Assembly: GCA_965202585.1 (NCBI GenBank)
Contig: OZ241829.1
Span: forward strand, 72,912,001 to 72,976,000
DNA: 64,000 nt
Source of the DNA: Thalia democratica
Taxonomy: Eukaryota
Reading direction: 5' to 3'
Below, in pieces: positions 1-12,199 of the stretch (positions are counted from its first letter, which is position 1; every line of letters starts with the position of its first letter). The notes beneath the pieces were generated by a model that did no database searches, had not been told where the DNA came from, and saw nothing but the letters and a program-made list of their open reading frames with translations. Position numbers and translations under genes: made by a program.

Positions 1-3000
1 ACTTTTTTGTAAAATAAAAATATTTAAATTCGTTTTTAATATATTTTAGAATTTTAGAACAGTTTACAATAGAATCACAGAAAAGTTCTTCTATTTTAGT
101 TTAACTTAATATATAAAATTAATAACCAAAAACAAGTAATACAGCAGTCAAAACTCTAGAACAATTTTACGAAAAACAAAATAAAAAGTTTTGTCAGAAG
201 ACATTTTGTATTCTAAAAGTAGCATTCTCTATGTGTGAACAAAACATGAAAACGTGACTAGAGCTAAAACTGCGTGGGTAAACATTATTTATACAAATTG
301 GCATACGGTCCGATGAAAACTTGAACTTAATAAAGCTTGTTAAGCTTTAAAATAATATATTGAGTATTAAGGTATTGAGCGTTTTTAATGAACAACATAA
401 AGTGTTAGTTTAGTTAATTAATAAAAAAACAATTTTTTAAAAACATCTTTAAAAGCGTTTAGGTATTTATATATTAGTATTTTAATTATTAAAATAAATT
501 TCTGACCAAAAAAAATGCATCTATTAGAAAAATAAGATAATATACTAATAATTGTTATAATTAAACAGTAAGGTTTCTGTCTATGGCCACTAAAATACTA
601 AAACTAATCTTTTGTACTGTTAATTAAAATTTATTTGTTTTCTTTAAACAATATTTTTTTTAATAGTTTTTTAAACAAGTGTCTAGTTTTTTTATGCACT
701 AAATGGTTTCATAACGAAGAACTTAAATAAATAACTAACTAAAGTAAATTTACTACCAAAATTTAAAAGTATATCTAGTAAACATTTAATAAGTAAAGTA
801 TTTTACTTGTGATCAAATACATGATGTCTTGAACGCACAGTAATAAAATTAAGCCTAAATATATGTTGTACTCTTTTATTAGATGATATTTTATAGTTAT
901 AAGTAAAACTATAACTGTAACTAAAGGCTGAAAAAACAAAAGCTGTAACTGTGACTAAAACTAAAACTGCGGTAATTTTTTTTTTCGTTTTCGACTTCAA
1001 AATAGCAGCTGAACATTTACACCAAAATCGCACAAAACATACTATTAGTTACCATTTTAGTGAAGTTTTGATCACAAATAAAAGAACAGGTTCTTTAACG
1101 TTGTATGATATTTATCAGTTAATAAACAAAACTCTAAAATGTTTCAATTTTTTAGAAGAAAAGCTCTTCTTTCAAAAATGACAAACTGTATATATATTAA
1201 GTTTCTTTAAAATTAATTTCAAATGAAATTTAACACTTTTTCAATTGTTATATTGAATTTTACATTTAGTTGGACAAATGAATAATACTCATTGTTAACT
1301 TAGGTTATAACATTATCCTAAAATATTGAAAAATAAGACTACCAATGTCTGCCAACCATTCTTTAGACTTATCTAAAAAAGTTCTAATGGTAATGAAATC
1401 ATACTTTTTTGCAGTTTTTTTTTCCTTAAGATTTTATGTACACAATAAAATATTAATGTACAAAAATTAAATATTTTTTTGTTTTATTTTTTTCTATGAA
1501 AAACGGGTACATGACAATGCAAAATTTCTATATTTGAAACTATTATGAGTCTTAATTGTCGCTTAAAAGCCACTATGACTAAACTTATTAAATATTCTTT
1601 TACTATTTAATAATCAGACCTAAAAAAACGCATTTATGTTTTTTAGACAAAAAATTTTTGAGACTTTTTTTTTAATAGAAGCTAACAAAATAAATGAATT
1701 CTTTTTACTGTCATAATATTCTAATATATACCCAGGTGTTCTTTTTTTTTTTAATTTAAATTACCTTTGATATGTGCATCCTTTTAAAAATTATTGAAAT
1801 ATTGAATTGTCAGAAACTCAATGGACAACTGTCTACTAATCAGTTATAGTTTTAAAACTTACTCTCAGTGAAAATTAAAGTACTTCAAATCTTACTGATT
1901 AGATTAAGAGTAAGTACACAGTTTAACACGACACGAAAATATTGAATACAAACGCATAAAAAAGTTTAGTCAAGTATTCGTTTGTATATTAACAAAAGTT
2001 ATCCACATACGTATTTAAAATATAAAAAGAACTTTAAAATAAAATGTTCGTGCTTTATTTTTGTTTAGAATGTCAGTTTTGATAGTAGATTACGTCAATA
2101 AAGTGTTTTTATACATTCAAAAAAAAGATAAATACTTGTTTTGGTGACCATGACATTACTGTAGTTCAGTAATTTTTGAATTTTTAGAAATTTTTACTTT
2201 AAGTATTTTTACAAAAGTTAGGAAAGTTCTTAAAGATACTGTTTTAAGCTCTAATACTTAAAACAGTATACTAAAGTAAACTTAATAAGTTATGTAAATT
2301 TTACTTTCTCTAAATTTAGCAATTAACGTAATGTGATTTCGCAGAATAGAAGTAAACGGAAAATAGATCAACGGTAATAAAGTAACAAAATATATATTTT
2401 CTAAACACTCAGTCCTTAAGTATTTGATAATATTAATTGTTGTATAAATAAAGATCAATGGCAAAACTTCAATATGCATAAAGGCTACAAAAAGCAAAAA
2501 GAATCGATTTTAAATTATTTTATTATAACGATTAAGTTAAAGGTTTTCTTGCTACTTTTTTTTTACATTAACGTTTTGTCTATCTTTAAAAATAAATTAG
2601 TTCTTAAGTTTTATAAGATTCAGTCTCAAAATTATATTGCAAAACTATATCTTTAAACTAAATTCACTAAAATTTTCGGTAAAATTTAAAATATACTTTT
2701 TTAGTTAACTTTTACTTAATGACCAATCTAAATTTCATAATTTAAAGCAATGTTTGAATAAATTGTAATATAATAATAAAGAAAAGAAAGCTAGTAGCGA
2801 CATGACATGAAATACATAAGACGCAAAGGCGAGTGGTCAAAATATTCGACGCTTCTGGTCACTTACAAAAGTTTCTGTGTGTAGGGAAAACTTGAAACTT
2901 TTGCTTGTGTTTCAAATAAGATAACAACAAAACTTCTAATACATACAATGATTAAGTTTTAGATATCTTTCTATTTTACTTTGTATATAGTTTTAGTCAA

Positions 3001-3574
3001 TAGGATAGTGAACTTCTAGTAAGTGAAGATCTTATCTTTTTTTTTTTTTTTATTTAAGAGTTTATTTATAAAAAAGTATTTGAAAGTACAAATACACTAT
3101 TGGAGACTTAAGTTTTTTATTAAAACTTCTTAATTTACTTAAAACATTACTACAAAATACAAAACTTACTTGTGACTATTTTGTCCACATGTTTTTGTAA
3201 AAAAAAAACCATTTTATAAAAACTCAAATAAGTTACTTTTTTTTTTAATATAGAAAACTTGTTTTTATAAAAAATAATTCTTTGTGACAGTATTTTATTT
3301 TAAAATTATAATGATTTACTAAACAGACATTACATAAGATTAAAGGATGAATAAAATTTTCTATTTTAAATTCTTTGTATGAAGACAAAAAGTGCAAAAT
3401 GTATTAAAGTTTATGTTTTTAATGTTAATTTTTGTTAAAAACTTTAAGTTCAGATTAAGAAACTTAGTCAAAAAACTATATATACATTTTAATACTTTTT
3501 TAATTTGAATATTTTCATTTGACCTTATACTTAATGGATATAACTTTAAAATCATAACTTTAAAAATATTTTAG

Positions 3575-3652
3575 AATTTTTTTGAAACAACTTTTTATGA
3601 CATCATTAGTCCAACAACATCTATAACTTTCTTCAAGTTCAATGATCTTTCG
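3575..3652 (+). other. Candidate coding exon (78 nt, phase 0-0): NFFETTFYDIISPTTSITFFKFNDLS
   Basis: ATTTTAG acceptor, TCG|GTGAGT donor, open frame. Confidence 0.3.
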
Positions 3653-4221
3653 GTGAGTCGTAAATATAAGTTTGTGTTTAAAATAGTCTAACATATGTAA
3701 GTTACACACTATTCAAACTAAATATCTTTTTTATTAATATAGTTTTAAGCTTTTCAATTGTTTAAACCATGTCTTTAACTAATCTGAATGCTTGTGTGTA
3801 CTGTTGACTTTTAAAAGGGTGAACTGGTTAAACTTACATAATATATGAGTAAAATACATATCTACAGTTTCCATTAAAATATATATTGGGCTGTAGCAAC
3901 ATATTATATTAAATAATTTAGCCATGCACAAAAAGTCTCAAATTTAAATACAGTAGCCTATAGCTAGCAAGCGGCAGTAGTCTTTTTAAGGTCTAAAAAT
4001 CAAACCAAGTGCTATATATGTTTGCAAAAGAATGGATTTATCATTTTGTAAACTTTTTTTTTTTGTATTTCAGATGCTAGGTAGCTTGTAATGTGGTCAA
4101 TATTTACTTTTTTAAAATTTAAAGGTACCTTAATATTTAGGTCACTCTACCTCTAAATAAAAACCTAAATAACTACACAAAAGCACCTGAAGTACATATC
4201 AACATTTCTGTCATTTTTTAG

Positions 4222-4289
4222 ATATTTAAAGCAAGGCATCTTAAAGTTGGCGATATTCTCTCATTGAGGCTGATTTTTGATGTCAGGGC
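4222..4289 (+). other. Candidate coding exon (phase 0-2): IFKARHLKVGDILSLRLIFDVR
   Basis: TTTTTTAG acceptor, GC|GTAAAA donor, open frame, phase-compatible with 3575-3652. Confidence 0.25.
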
Positions 4290-4469
4290 GTAAAAAGTTA
4301 ATTGGTAATTAACTGTTAAAGAGGTGTTTTCTGCTAAAATCTTGTTAAGTGGGCGATAATAATGTAAGCTTGAGACACTCTGCTACAAAATATTTTTATG
4401 AAATAAATTGTTGGAAAACTTAAAACCTTTACATATGTTTATTGTTTTGTACAGAAATCTAAGACAAAA

Positions 4470-5945
4470 TTCATTCAAAAACATCTTTATTAAAGCAACA
4501 AACAAGTAAAATCGATTTCGGCTAACGCTTTTCAATTACTTTAGTTAGCAACTAGTTTTAAGATTAAATTTTGAGTATATAAATAGTTAGAGGTTACATC
4601 AGAAAAATCAATTAACACTAATTAGCATAATTGAGCAAAATTAATTAGACATTCACTATTCATAAATGCATATATAAAAAACAGTTTATCAGTAATTTAA
4701 CTAAGATAAACAACATTAAAAATAAAAATAAAATAAAAATAAGCAACAAAATTCAAATAAAATCTATAACAACTTATAAAGATTAGATTTATAAACGTAT
4801 TGTTGCTTACACAATTTAGGTTTACATGTTTTTATAAATAGAGATTCTAAAACACTAAGGTGATAATCGTTACGAGCTTTACTTAAAATTGAAAAGTTAC
4901 TATCACTATAGTTCTTTGCGCAATCTGAATTGTTTAATAAGTGTTCAGCTATCGCTGATGATCTATTAGATGGTTTTTTTAAACCAGTGTCCATCCATCT
5001 TCTGAGGGAATTAAAAACGTGTTGGTCCCTTCTAATATGGAATCTTTGAGACGTTCTGCCAATGTACTCACTGTCACAGTGGCACTTGTACATATAAATA
5101 ATTTTGCTTTTTTCCTGATCGGCAGTACGGTCTTTGCAAATTCCACTTAAGGGCTTTCTTGTAGCATGACTGATTCTTAGTTGTACAGAGTTAAAAGTGG
5201 AGTTTACAGTGTATTTTACAGTCTTTTCTAGAGCAGTTGCTACTTTACCGAGATATGGCAATCTCAAATATACAGGGCATTTTTTAGGACCAAATTTAAC
5301 CGGTTTTTCAAATTTTGAGATTGTATTGTTAATTGTCTTTCTGACTATGTGCGATGGATAACCAAGAGCTTCAAAAATATTTTTTATTTTATCTAATTCC
5401 TCTTCAAACAACTTTTTCGAGCAAATCTTGTGTGCTCTGAATACCAAACAAGAGATTAAACCGAGTTTTTGGGATAAAGGGCAGAATGACTGAAATGGAA
5501 TATATTGACCAGCAAATGTAGGTTTTCTGTACACAGTGGTAAGCAACTCGGAAGATGTACGCAACAGATGTACATCCAAGAAAGGTAAGCAATTGTCTTT
5601 TTCTTTTTCAATAGTAAATTTTAAATTTGGGTGTAAATTCGAAATTTTGCTAAATAATTCATCAATGTTATATTCATCATTGTAAGACACAAAAATGTCG
5701 TCAACATACCTAATATAGTTTATTGGTTTTTGATACTTGGAAAAGAGCAATGTTTCAAAGTATCCCACAAAAATGTTGGCTAAAATAGGGCCAAGTGGAC
5801 TACCCATCGCTACTCCATCTATCTGTTTATAAATATAAGAATTAAATCTGAATTCAACATTTTTTACTGCCATGTTTAACATAATAAGACAAACATCTTT
5901 TGGAATAGAAGGAGCTGTAAGACCAGAATTGTAATTTATAGGTAT
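4470..5945 (-). mobile_element. Penelope-like retroelement copy including 3' tail; boundaries approximate
   Basis: RT plus GIY-YIG architecture is diagnostic of Penelope-like elements. The tail carries a hammerhead-like motif followed by AATAAA on the minus strand. Confidence 0.8.
4505..4540 (-). ncRNA. Degenerate minimal type I hammerhead ribozyme candidate
   Basis: Minus strand reads AGTAA-TTGAAAA-GCGTTAGCC-GAAA-TCGA-T-T-TTACT: stem I AGTAA/TTACT, GAAA, and a palindromic TCGA stem III. The core TTGAAAA has two mismatches to CTGANGA. Confidence 0.35.
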
Positions 5946-6077
5946 TGCAAAATAAACCACTACCAAAGCAATTGTGACGTCACAAAAGAAGCTCCTCATT
6001 GAAACGTTTATCTTCGGTAACAAGCAGCAAAAACAAAGAGATGGTAAAGTTCTGTTAAAAATACTTTGCATCTTCAC
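4764..6077 (-). CDS. Penelope-like element ORF: C-terminal half of reverse transcriptase plus GIY-YIG endonuclease (5'-truncated)
   Basis: The 437-aa ORF contains YKQIDGVAMGSPLGPILANIF and YIRYVDDIF (RT motifs), LPFLDV, VYRKPT and LPYLG (thumb), and IIYMYKCHCDSEYIGRT, SAIAEHL and LESLFI (GIY-YIG). The first ~45 codons do not resemble RT and are probably read-in from flanking DNA. Confidence 0.92.
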   Translation of the reverse strand: MKMQSIFNRTLPSLCFCCLLPKINVSMRSFFCDVTIALVVVYFAIPINYNSGLTAPSIPKDVCLIMLNMAVKNVEFRFNSYIYKQIDGVAMGSPLGPILANIFVGYFETLLFSKYQKPINYIRYVDDIFVSYNDEYNIDELFSKISNLHPNLKFTIEKEKDNCLPFLDVHLLRTSSELLTTVYRKPTFAGQYIPFQSFCPLSQKLGLISCLVFRAHKICSKKLFEEELDKIKNIFEALGYPSHIVRKTINNTISKFEKPVKFGPKKCPVYLRLPYLGKVATALEKTVKYTVNSTFNSVQLRISHATRKPLSGICKDRTADQEKSKIIYMYKCHCDSEYIGRTSQRFHIRRDQHVFNSLRRWMDTGLKKPSNRSSAIAEHLLNNSDCAKNYSDSNFSILSKARNDYHLSVLESLFIKTCKPKLCKQQYVYKSNLYKLL

Positions 6078-6429
6078 AGAGGAAATGTCTTTTTCTACAG
6101 TTATATACAGAACCTGTCGTTACTTTAATAATACATTAAATTCTTCATTAGTTAGACTGCCATAAATCTGAGAAAAAATTCTTGCTTCTTCACAGTGGAA
6201 ATATGTTTTTCCACAGAACCTGTCTTTAATTCTCCAAAGACTTAAATCGTTTGTCATTTAAATTATCACATTTGAACAACTGTTGTTAAATGAGAAATCT
6301 AAATTTAACTAAACACGGCAACTGAAAACTTCCAAGTTGACATCAGTGATGTTAAAAAAACCTCACAACTCACACACACAAATCACCAACACAGAAACGA
6401 GGACTTCCCATACCAGGAAAGAGTTTCTA

Positions 6430-6620
6430 ATTGCGTCATCAGGTTTCCACCAGATGGCGGAATTCAGGTTCACGGCCTGCAACGCGCGACACCATAGCTT
6501 CTCGCACGTGGTTACACAACACCTCTGACGTCATGTTCAGACGCACACGCAAACGAGAAACCAGGCGGTGGGTTGCAGGGAAATGTTCCCGTCATGTTAG
6601 GAGAAACGGGAGACACCATT
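6430..6620. promoter_or_regulatory. CpG-rich island with CTCF-like, E-box and CRE motifs
   Basis: CCACCAGATGGCG at 6447-6459, CACGTG at 6505-6510 and TGACGTCA at 6526-6533, in a locally GC/CpG-rich patch. Confidence 0.4.
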
Positions 6621-7697
6621 TATGGTTATTTCCCTTTTACCATGTTCGGCATCATATCCCAATGTTTTCTTGTTTCATTTTAAAAAATTAAACTTTTAAC
6701 TTGTAATTTGTTAATACTTGCAGCTTTTTATTGAGATATTTAATGATAACAATTACCAACACAATTTTGTAGGCTCGAAAAAATAAAAAGCAGTTGTTTT
6801 AACTTTAATGAGGTCAACTTTGAAGTTTTCATACATGTGCTTAAGTTTAGTGTAAACCTCCGGCAAGCAAGTTATCTGGTGTTATCAGTTTGTTGAGTCA
6901 TACTTAAACAGACACCTTGAAAAGTTGCAAGCTGCCCTGAAAAGCAAAGATTAGGGTTAAAGGTTTTTTTTCTCCGTTGAAATATACTTAAAGAAAAATT
7001 GTGTTAAAAGCTTGCAACTATTTAAAGACATTTTTTCCAAAGGCTCTACTTTTGAGCTTTACACTTGGGCGCAAAACCTAGTTTAGATAAAGCCACTGTC
7101 AGATCAAAGTTACTTCGTCATTTTCAAATTCGAAACTTACCCGAACGTAATATTTGGAACTTGCTGGAATGTAAAAAACGCAAGTGTTTCTTACTGTAGG
7201 GGTGTATAAATATAAAATTTACTTGTTGATAGTGGTGCTTAACGTAGATCTTAAACTTGTACTTAGCAAGATTTTTCGAAGTCGTGAAGTCAAAACTAAT
7301 TAGGGGATTTACCGAACATGTGCGTTACCGACTTAGATGAACTTCCTATAAGTTCATTAAAAAAAAAACCCAGACTGGAAAAATAACAGAACAACTGGAA
7401 AACTTACCGAAAGGCAAGAAATCATGCTACTGAAAACTCTTCTAGTTGCATCGTCTTAAATTTTTAGTTGGAAAAAGTAAGAAATGGAAATTAGAATAGA
7501 CAGTTTTACAAATAGAGATTAAACGAGATTTTGGCTTTTATTTTGGTTTCTGCCAACCTTGGATAATGGTTTGGAGTTATCACAATATTTGTTATTCTTA
7601 AAACATCTGAAAAAAATTGCGTTTTACTCCAAGACAATATGCTGTACTCATCAAGAAGTGTCTGCGGAATTTCAAATGTCACAGAAAATATATTTAG

Positions 7698-7775
7698 CAC
7701 CAAGATTCCGCCGATAACTGAGTCATTCTGTTGTGATCATCAAAGTCTCGTAGTGAAACAATCGAGAAAAAATTA
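7698..7775 (+). other. Candidate exon (78 nt, phase 2-2): TKIPPITESFCCDHQSLVVKQSRKN
   Basis: ATTTAG acceptor, GTAAGT donor, open frame. Confidence 0.3.
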
Positions 7776-8050
7776 GTAAGTGAATGTTGAACGTGTATTA
7801 GTTAAATACTTGTTATACAGTTTTTTTAATATTCTATATACACAAAACTACTTTTGATTAATTTAACTTTTTTGAGCACTCAAACAACGCTTTCGACCGA
7901 CTTTACAAACAAAAATAGCCTTATTAATTAAAAAAGGTTTATTGCATGTTACAGATCTAGTAAGCAACACTATGGGACTTATCCCTCACTTTGATAGTTT
8001 ATTTTCTTACTTTTACATGAGAAAACTTTTATTTATTCTAAAATCTTTAG

Positions 8051-9458
8051 TTGCATGGCTGCATGGCGGTTATTTCTTTGCCTTCGATAAAGGAATAAAT
8101 ATCAAACTATTTACATAAGATATCGTCATTGCTAGTGGTGACGCGTAGTGTTCTTGTTATAAATTTTGAAAATATTATATATAAAATATTTTATAATAGA
8201 CTTCATCATTGGAGGTATGGAGATAGCAACATACGTGAACGGTGACATCCAGAAACTAGACGAGCCACTTGAAGGCGCTGCTTAGGTTGTCGATGAGATG
8301 GATCCCTCGCAGACGTACGCTACAATTGCTGCTGCAGATGCCAGGTTAATGCAATTTTGTTATTTATATACTATATTCTATTCGTGCACACAAACTAATT
8401 TTTGGAGCACAGAGATCATTTACAATTTGTTTTAAAAAGAATGAGCGATATGAAAAGTCAAAATACATTGCAATGTTCAACATAACTCAACATCCCTCGT
8501 ACTAATTATAAACAAGTCATAAAATACCTTCTCATGTTAAATTTAACTTTATAGATATTTAACAGACTTCAGTATGATTAGATTGAAAAATATAAAAAAA
8601 GTAAATCTTAAACTGAAACCTAAGAGAACTTACACATAAAATAAACTTATCATAATCTCTGATTCTATAAATACTTAAAAAAAAGAAGTTGCTAATCAGC
8701 AAATTAAATTACAGTAGCAAAATATTAATGATTTATTAACATGTACATGTATTTAAAATTTATTCTATTCTACCAATTACCTTACAATTTCACAACTTTC
8801 AAGCTTTGTTTAAATTATAACATCCAACAGTAATAACCTGGCAGAGAACTGCAACTGGTACAAGCACATCACCACTCAACCGTGACAAATATGCAACATC
8901 ACGTGTCGTACATGAAGCGGCAGTACTTCCAGTTCAGGAAGAACTTGATGGTCGTCAGGATTTACTGCAACCTAAAGTTGAGAAGGTTGAAGTCCGTCTA
9001 CAAGTCCTACAAGCTCAAGATTTGTGTGTTGCTTTTTTATTAAATTGGTTTTTAAACATTTTAGTAAGAGGTAAGTTTATACAATATCTAAGAAGTTATT
9101 TTACTTCTAATGTTTTACGTGCACCAGATCTTAGGACCGAATACTTTTTATATTTAATGAACAATTTTTATGTCTAAAAATTCAAACCTAGAAGAATGCT
9201 GTTTTAACTCGGCTAATGATTTAAAAAAAAAAAACTGTCCCCTACATTCATGCGTTTATCTTTCTCAAGTTTAAAGGAGGAGACTGTAAAATCTTACTCT
9301 TATTACAGCCATTTTTCCAGTATTCAATATAGAAAGTTATCTTAGGTAATAACATTGGTAGCACATTGACTATGCTAAAGACGTCATATAATTTTATTAC
9401 CTGTAATAATTATGTGTTGTTTCTTTCGTTTAGCTTACCACTTTTCGCTTACTTATGA
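8051..9458 (+). pseudogene. Multi-exon gene remnant of unknown product; exons 8051-8137, 8200-8344, 8831-9070, 9309-9345, 9434-9458
   Basis: GC-richer, protein-like blocks with AG/GT ends. The first two exons are phase-compatible but have in-frame TAA (8116) and TAG (8283). The last three join in frame (ITWQRTATG...VEKVEVRLQVLQAQDL...ILVR-AIFPVFNIESYL-SLPLFAYL*). There is a phase gap between 8344 and 8831. Confidence 0.45.
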
Positions 9459-10903
9459 AGATTTACTTTCATTTACTGAAAAAACGCTTTAGCTCGCTTT
9501 ATACTTGTACTAGCTAATTGGTTCATCTTCATAAGCTCTGAACCAATGCAAACTTCAATAACAGAAATCAACAGCATTTATTATTATTTTTATTTTTTTT
9601 TATTTTTTGTCCGTAAGTCAAGTATCATCAACAACAAAAAGACTAAGTTGGACATTACAATAACAAAATACCTTTCATTTCTTTGGCTTATATTAAAAAT
9701 TTATTATCCACCCTATTGTAAACAATAGAATTTTCATTTTGACCTCCGGACACCCTCGTTTAAATTAGTTAAATATGTATTGTAAATTCGTGAATGACTA
9801 AAAATAATGGGTAATTTAATTACTTATTCAGTAGTGCACTGTTAATCAGTGGTCTAAAATTTGATAACCGAAAGGTTCCCGGTACAACCCTATACAACAA
9901 GTCCTTTGACTAATTTTTTGAGCACTGTTTTTTTATTGTTCACTGAACAATGTTAGCTTTAGTGATGATTAAAAAGACTATTGACGATGAACTTATTGGA
10001 TAACTCTTTATAGATACTTTACTAATAACCACTTACCACGTTACGTAGCTATTTGAGATCCTTCATGACATAATTTTTTATTTACTATAAACATCTGTAA
10101 CGATATTAAATAGCAAAGTAGAAGCAATAAACTAAGTAAACTTTTGGGTGCTTAAAAGATAATAACGTAATTTTTCCTATTGTATTATCTTTGCAAGTTA
10201 TGAACAGTTTTAAAATACCGATCTTTAGATTCAACTAAAACGTACCTAGAAGTCAAATATTAAAACCCATACTAACAATAAACAATGACAGAAAACAAAG
10301 ATCTAGTTAATTATTACGTCACAGTCTCAACACAACATTCCAAAGCTTTAACAATACAAATTGGGTTGATAGATTTTGTTGAATATTAAGTTGAGTTGTT
10401 TTAAACAAATTAAAAAATATTACATCCATTTTAAATGGCTTAAAATTGTATCTTTGACTTTAAAGCTTTTCAGTGCTTTTGAATCTGGATTCACCCGCTG
10501 AAGCGAAAGTGAATTGTGACGTCACACAAAAAAAAAAACGTTTCTTCTGACGTCATAATATTTCTTCTCTGTTTTTTCTTTATGTGTGAATGGCTGTCAG
10601 ATTCGAACCATTGAAACTTTCCTTGCCATTGAAACTTGTATTATACGATACTTAGTTTACCATATCAAACTAGCTTGATGTGACTGACCTTTGACAAAAC
10701 TGAAAAATTTTTAACAAGTTTTGAAAGAAAGGTGTTGTAAAACACCAGGGAACTTCAGTTTAAAGTCAAAGTGAGTGGTATCATCAACATACCTTTCTTT
10801 TTCAAAATTAGCAATAATGGCAGTAAGACATCTATTGTAACAATCACTACACAGTATAAAGTTTTTCGCAACCTTTCAAAGAAAAAGAAAAGTTTTAAAG
10901 TAC

Positions 10904-11014
10904 TTATGACGTTCCCTCCGTGAGTTTCAAAATACCAGCTCAAAGTATCTGTTACTGTCTTTAAGATTTCATTAAAGTGCCATGATCTGATTTGAACTTT
11001 GTCTATTAAGTCCT
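10904..11014 (-). other. Candidate coding exon (111 nt, phase 1-1): DLIDKVQIRSWHFNEILKTVTDTLSWYFETHGGNVI
   Basis: Protein-like core of ORF 10755-11024, bounded by TTAAAAG and GTACTT on the minus strand. Confidence 0.3.
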
Positions 11015-11908
11015 CTTTTAACAATTTTTAAGACTTGACAGACCTACTGTTAAAATAAATGTCCCATTTTATTACAGACCATTATACGATTACCCTAGTT
11101 TACAGTTTCATGAACAGGTAAATTTTTTATGGCACCTGATTTTTTGTCTTAAAGATCTGCTTTAATTTATGCAGCCAATGAGTTGGCTTGTATTTAAATC
11201 AGATGGTTATTTATGACGCTCTCAGCCTACTTCAAAAAAAAGTTTCACTCATTTGCTGGTTTGTGTAAAAATAAATTAAACGTCTTTTAAAGCCGGTTAT
11301 CATTGGCTAACATTTTTTAGACTTGACCTATTTGGTTGATCTTGCTTTTAATTTGTAACTTATATTTTTAAGTCAGTAACCTAAAGTTACATTATAGTGA
11401 CGAGTGTTTAGCTGAACAATATTTTTTAAATCTTAATTAAGAATGACGGTGTGATGATTTAGACCAAATGCCTGTAATTTCCTGTGTATTTTGTAAGTTA
11501 TAATCAAAATTATTATCTCAAGTATCAACAGTTTTAAATTTTCTGATCAACTTTACAACCAAGAAAATTAAAGTATGTTACGATGTTTTTTTTCCAGACA
11601 CTTCTTTATTGAAAAGATAAAACATACTATTACCTGGTAAGAAACATGATGAGACTTATGCCTTACGATGTTCATTCCAGATTATTCATTAGTGGATGAT
11701 CAATAGCAAGAAAAAAATTAGTTTGCTTGTCCTGTACATATTGGAATAAACCAGTAATAAATTTGTCGATAGTTGTTATTAAGACTTATTTATTGTACGA
11801 ATATCTGTCTTTTTAACGACTATTGTTTCGAAAGATAAAAGTTTCAATCTCTAAAGCTTCATTAAAACAGTGATATTGGCACCTTATGGCATATTATATA
11901 TATGTATA

Positions 11909-11992
11909 TAAGTTAATCAACTTATTTCAATATATATATATTTCAATCAATAGGGAAAAATATATATATAGAAATAAGTTGACTAACTTAAT
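11909..11992. repeat. Short AT-rich foldback (inverted repeat)
   Basis: ATAAGTTAATCAACTTATTTC pairs with GAAATAAGTTGACTAACTTA; (TA)n arms lie inside. Confidence 0.6.
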
Positions 11993-12199
11993 AATATAAG
12001 TTTTTTAACACAGAGCTTACCTTTATGGCTTTATTAATGAGAAGTTTATATTAGTTCAATTTCATTTTTAATTTAATATTTTTCCCTATTTTTATCTTAT
12101 CAATTTTCTGTTCAGAGTTGTCACTAACTGAAGTTTGATGAATTTTTGCCAGTTAATTGTCAATAGGGAAGTTAAATTTTGAACATACCGAAGTTAAAT

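Noticed and set aside
880-975. Degenerate (AAAACT/TAACTG)n hexamer run
   Set aside because: A short low-complexity tract, not telomeric, with no evidence of function.
7875-7900. Second hammerhead-like GAAA motif on the minus strand
   Set aside because: The core is unrecognisable, there is no stem I, and no adjacent Penelope coding sequence.
8053-8076. WLHGG carboxylesterase-like motif (and LKVGDI, P-type-ATPase-like, at ~4240)
   Set aside because: These are 5-6 residue matches without the expected downstream family motifs, so no product name is supported.
8051-8344. Non-standard nuclear code (TAA/TAG = Gln, or TGA = Trp/Sec) suggested by in-frame stops here and in the cassettes
   Set aside because: The 437-codon Penelope ORF has no internal stops, uses ordinary Gln and Trp codons and ends in TAG. 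A TGA-to-TAA swap occurs in one cassette. Decay or non-coding status is simpler.
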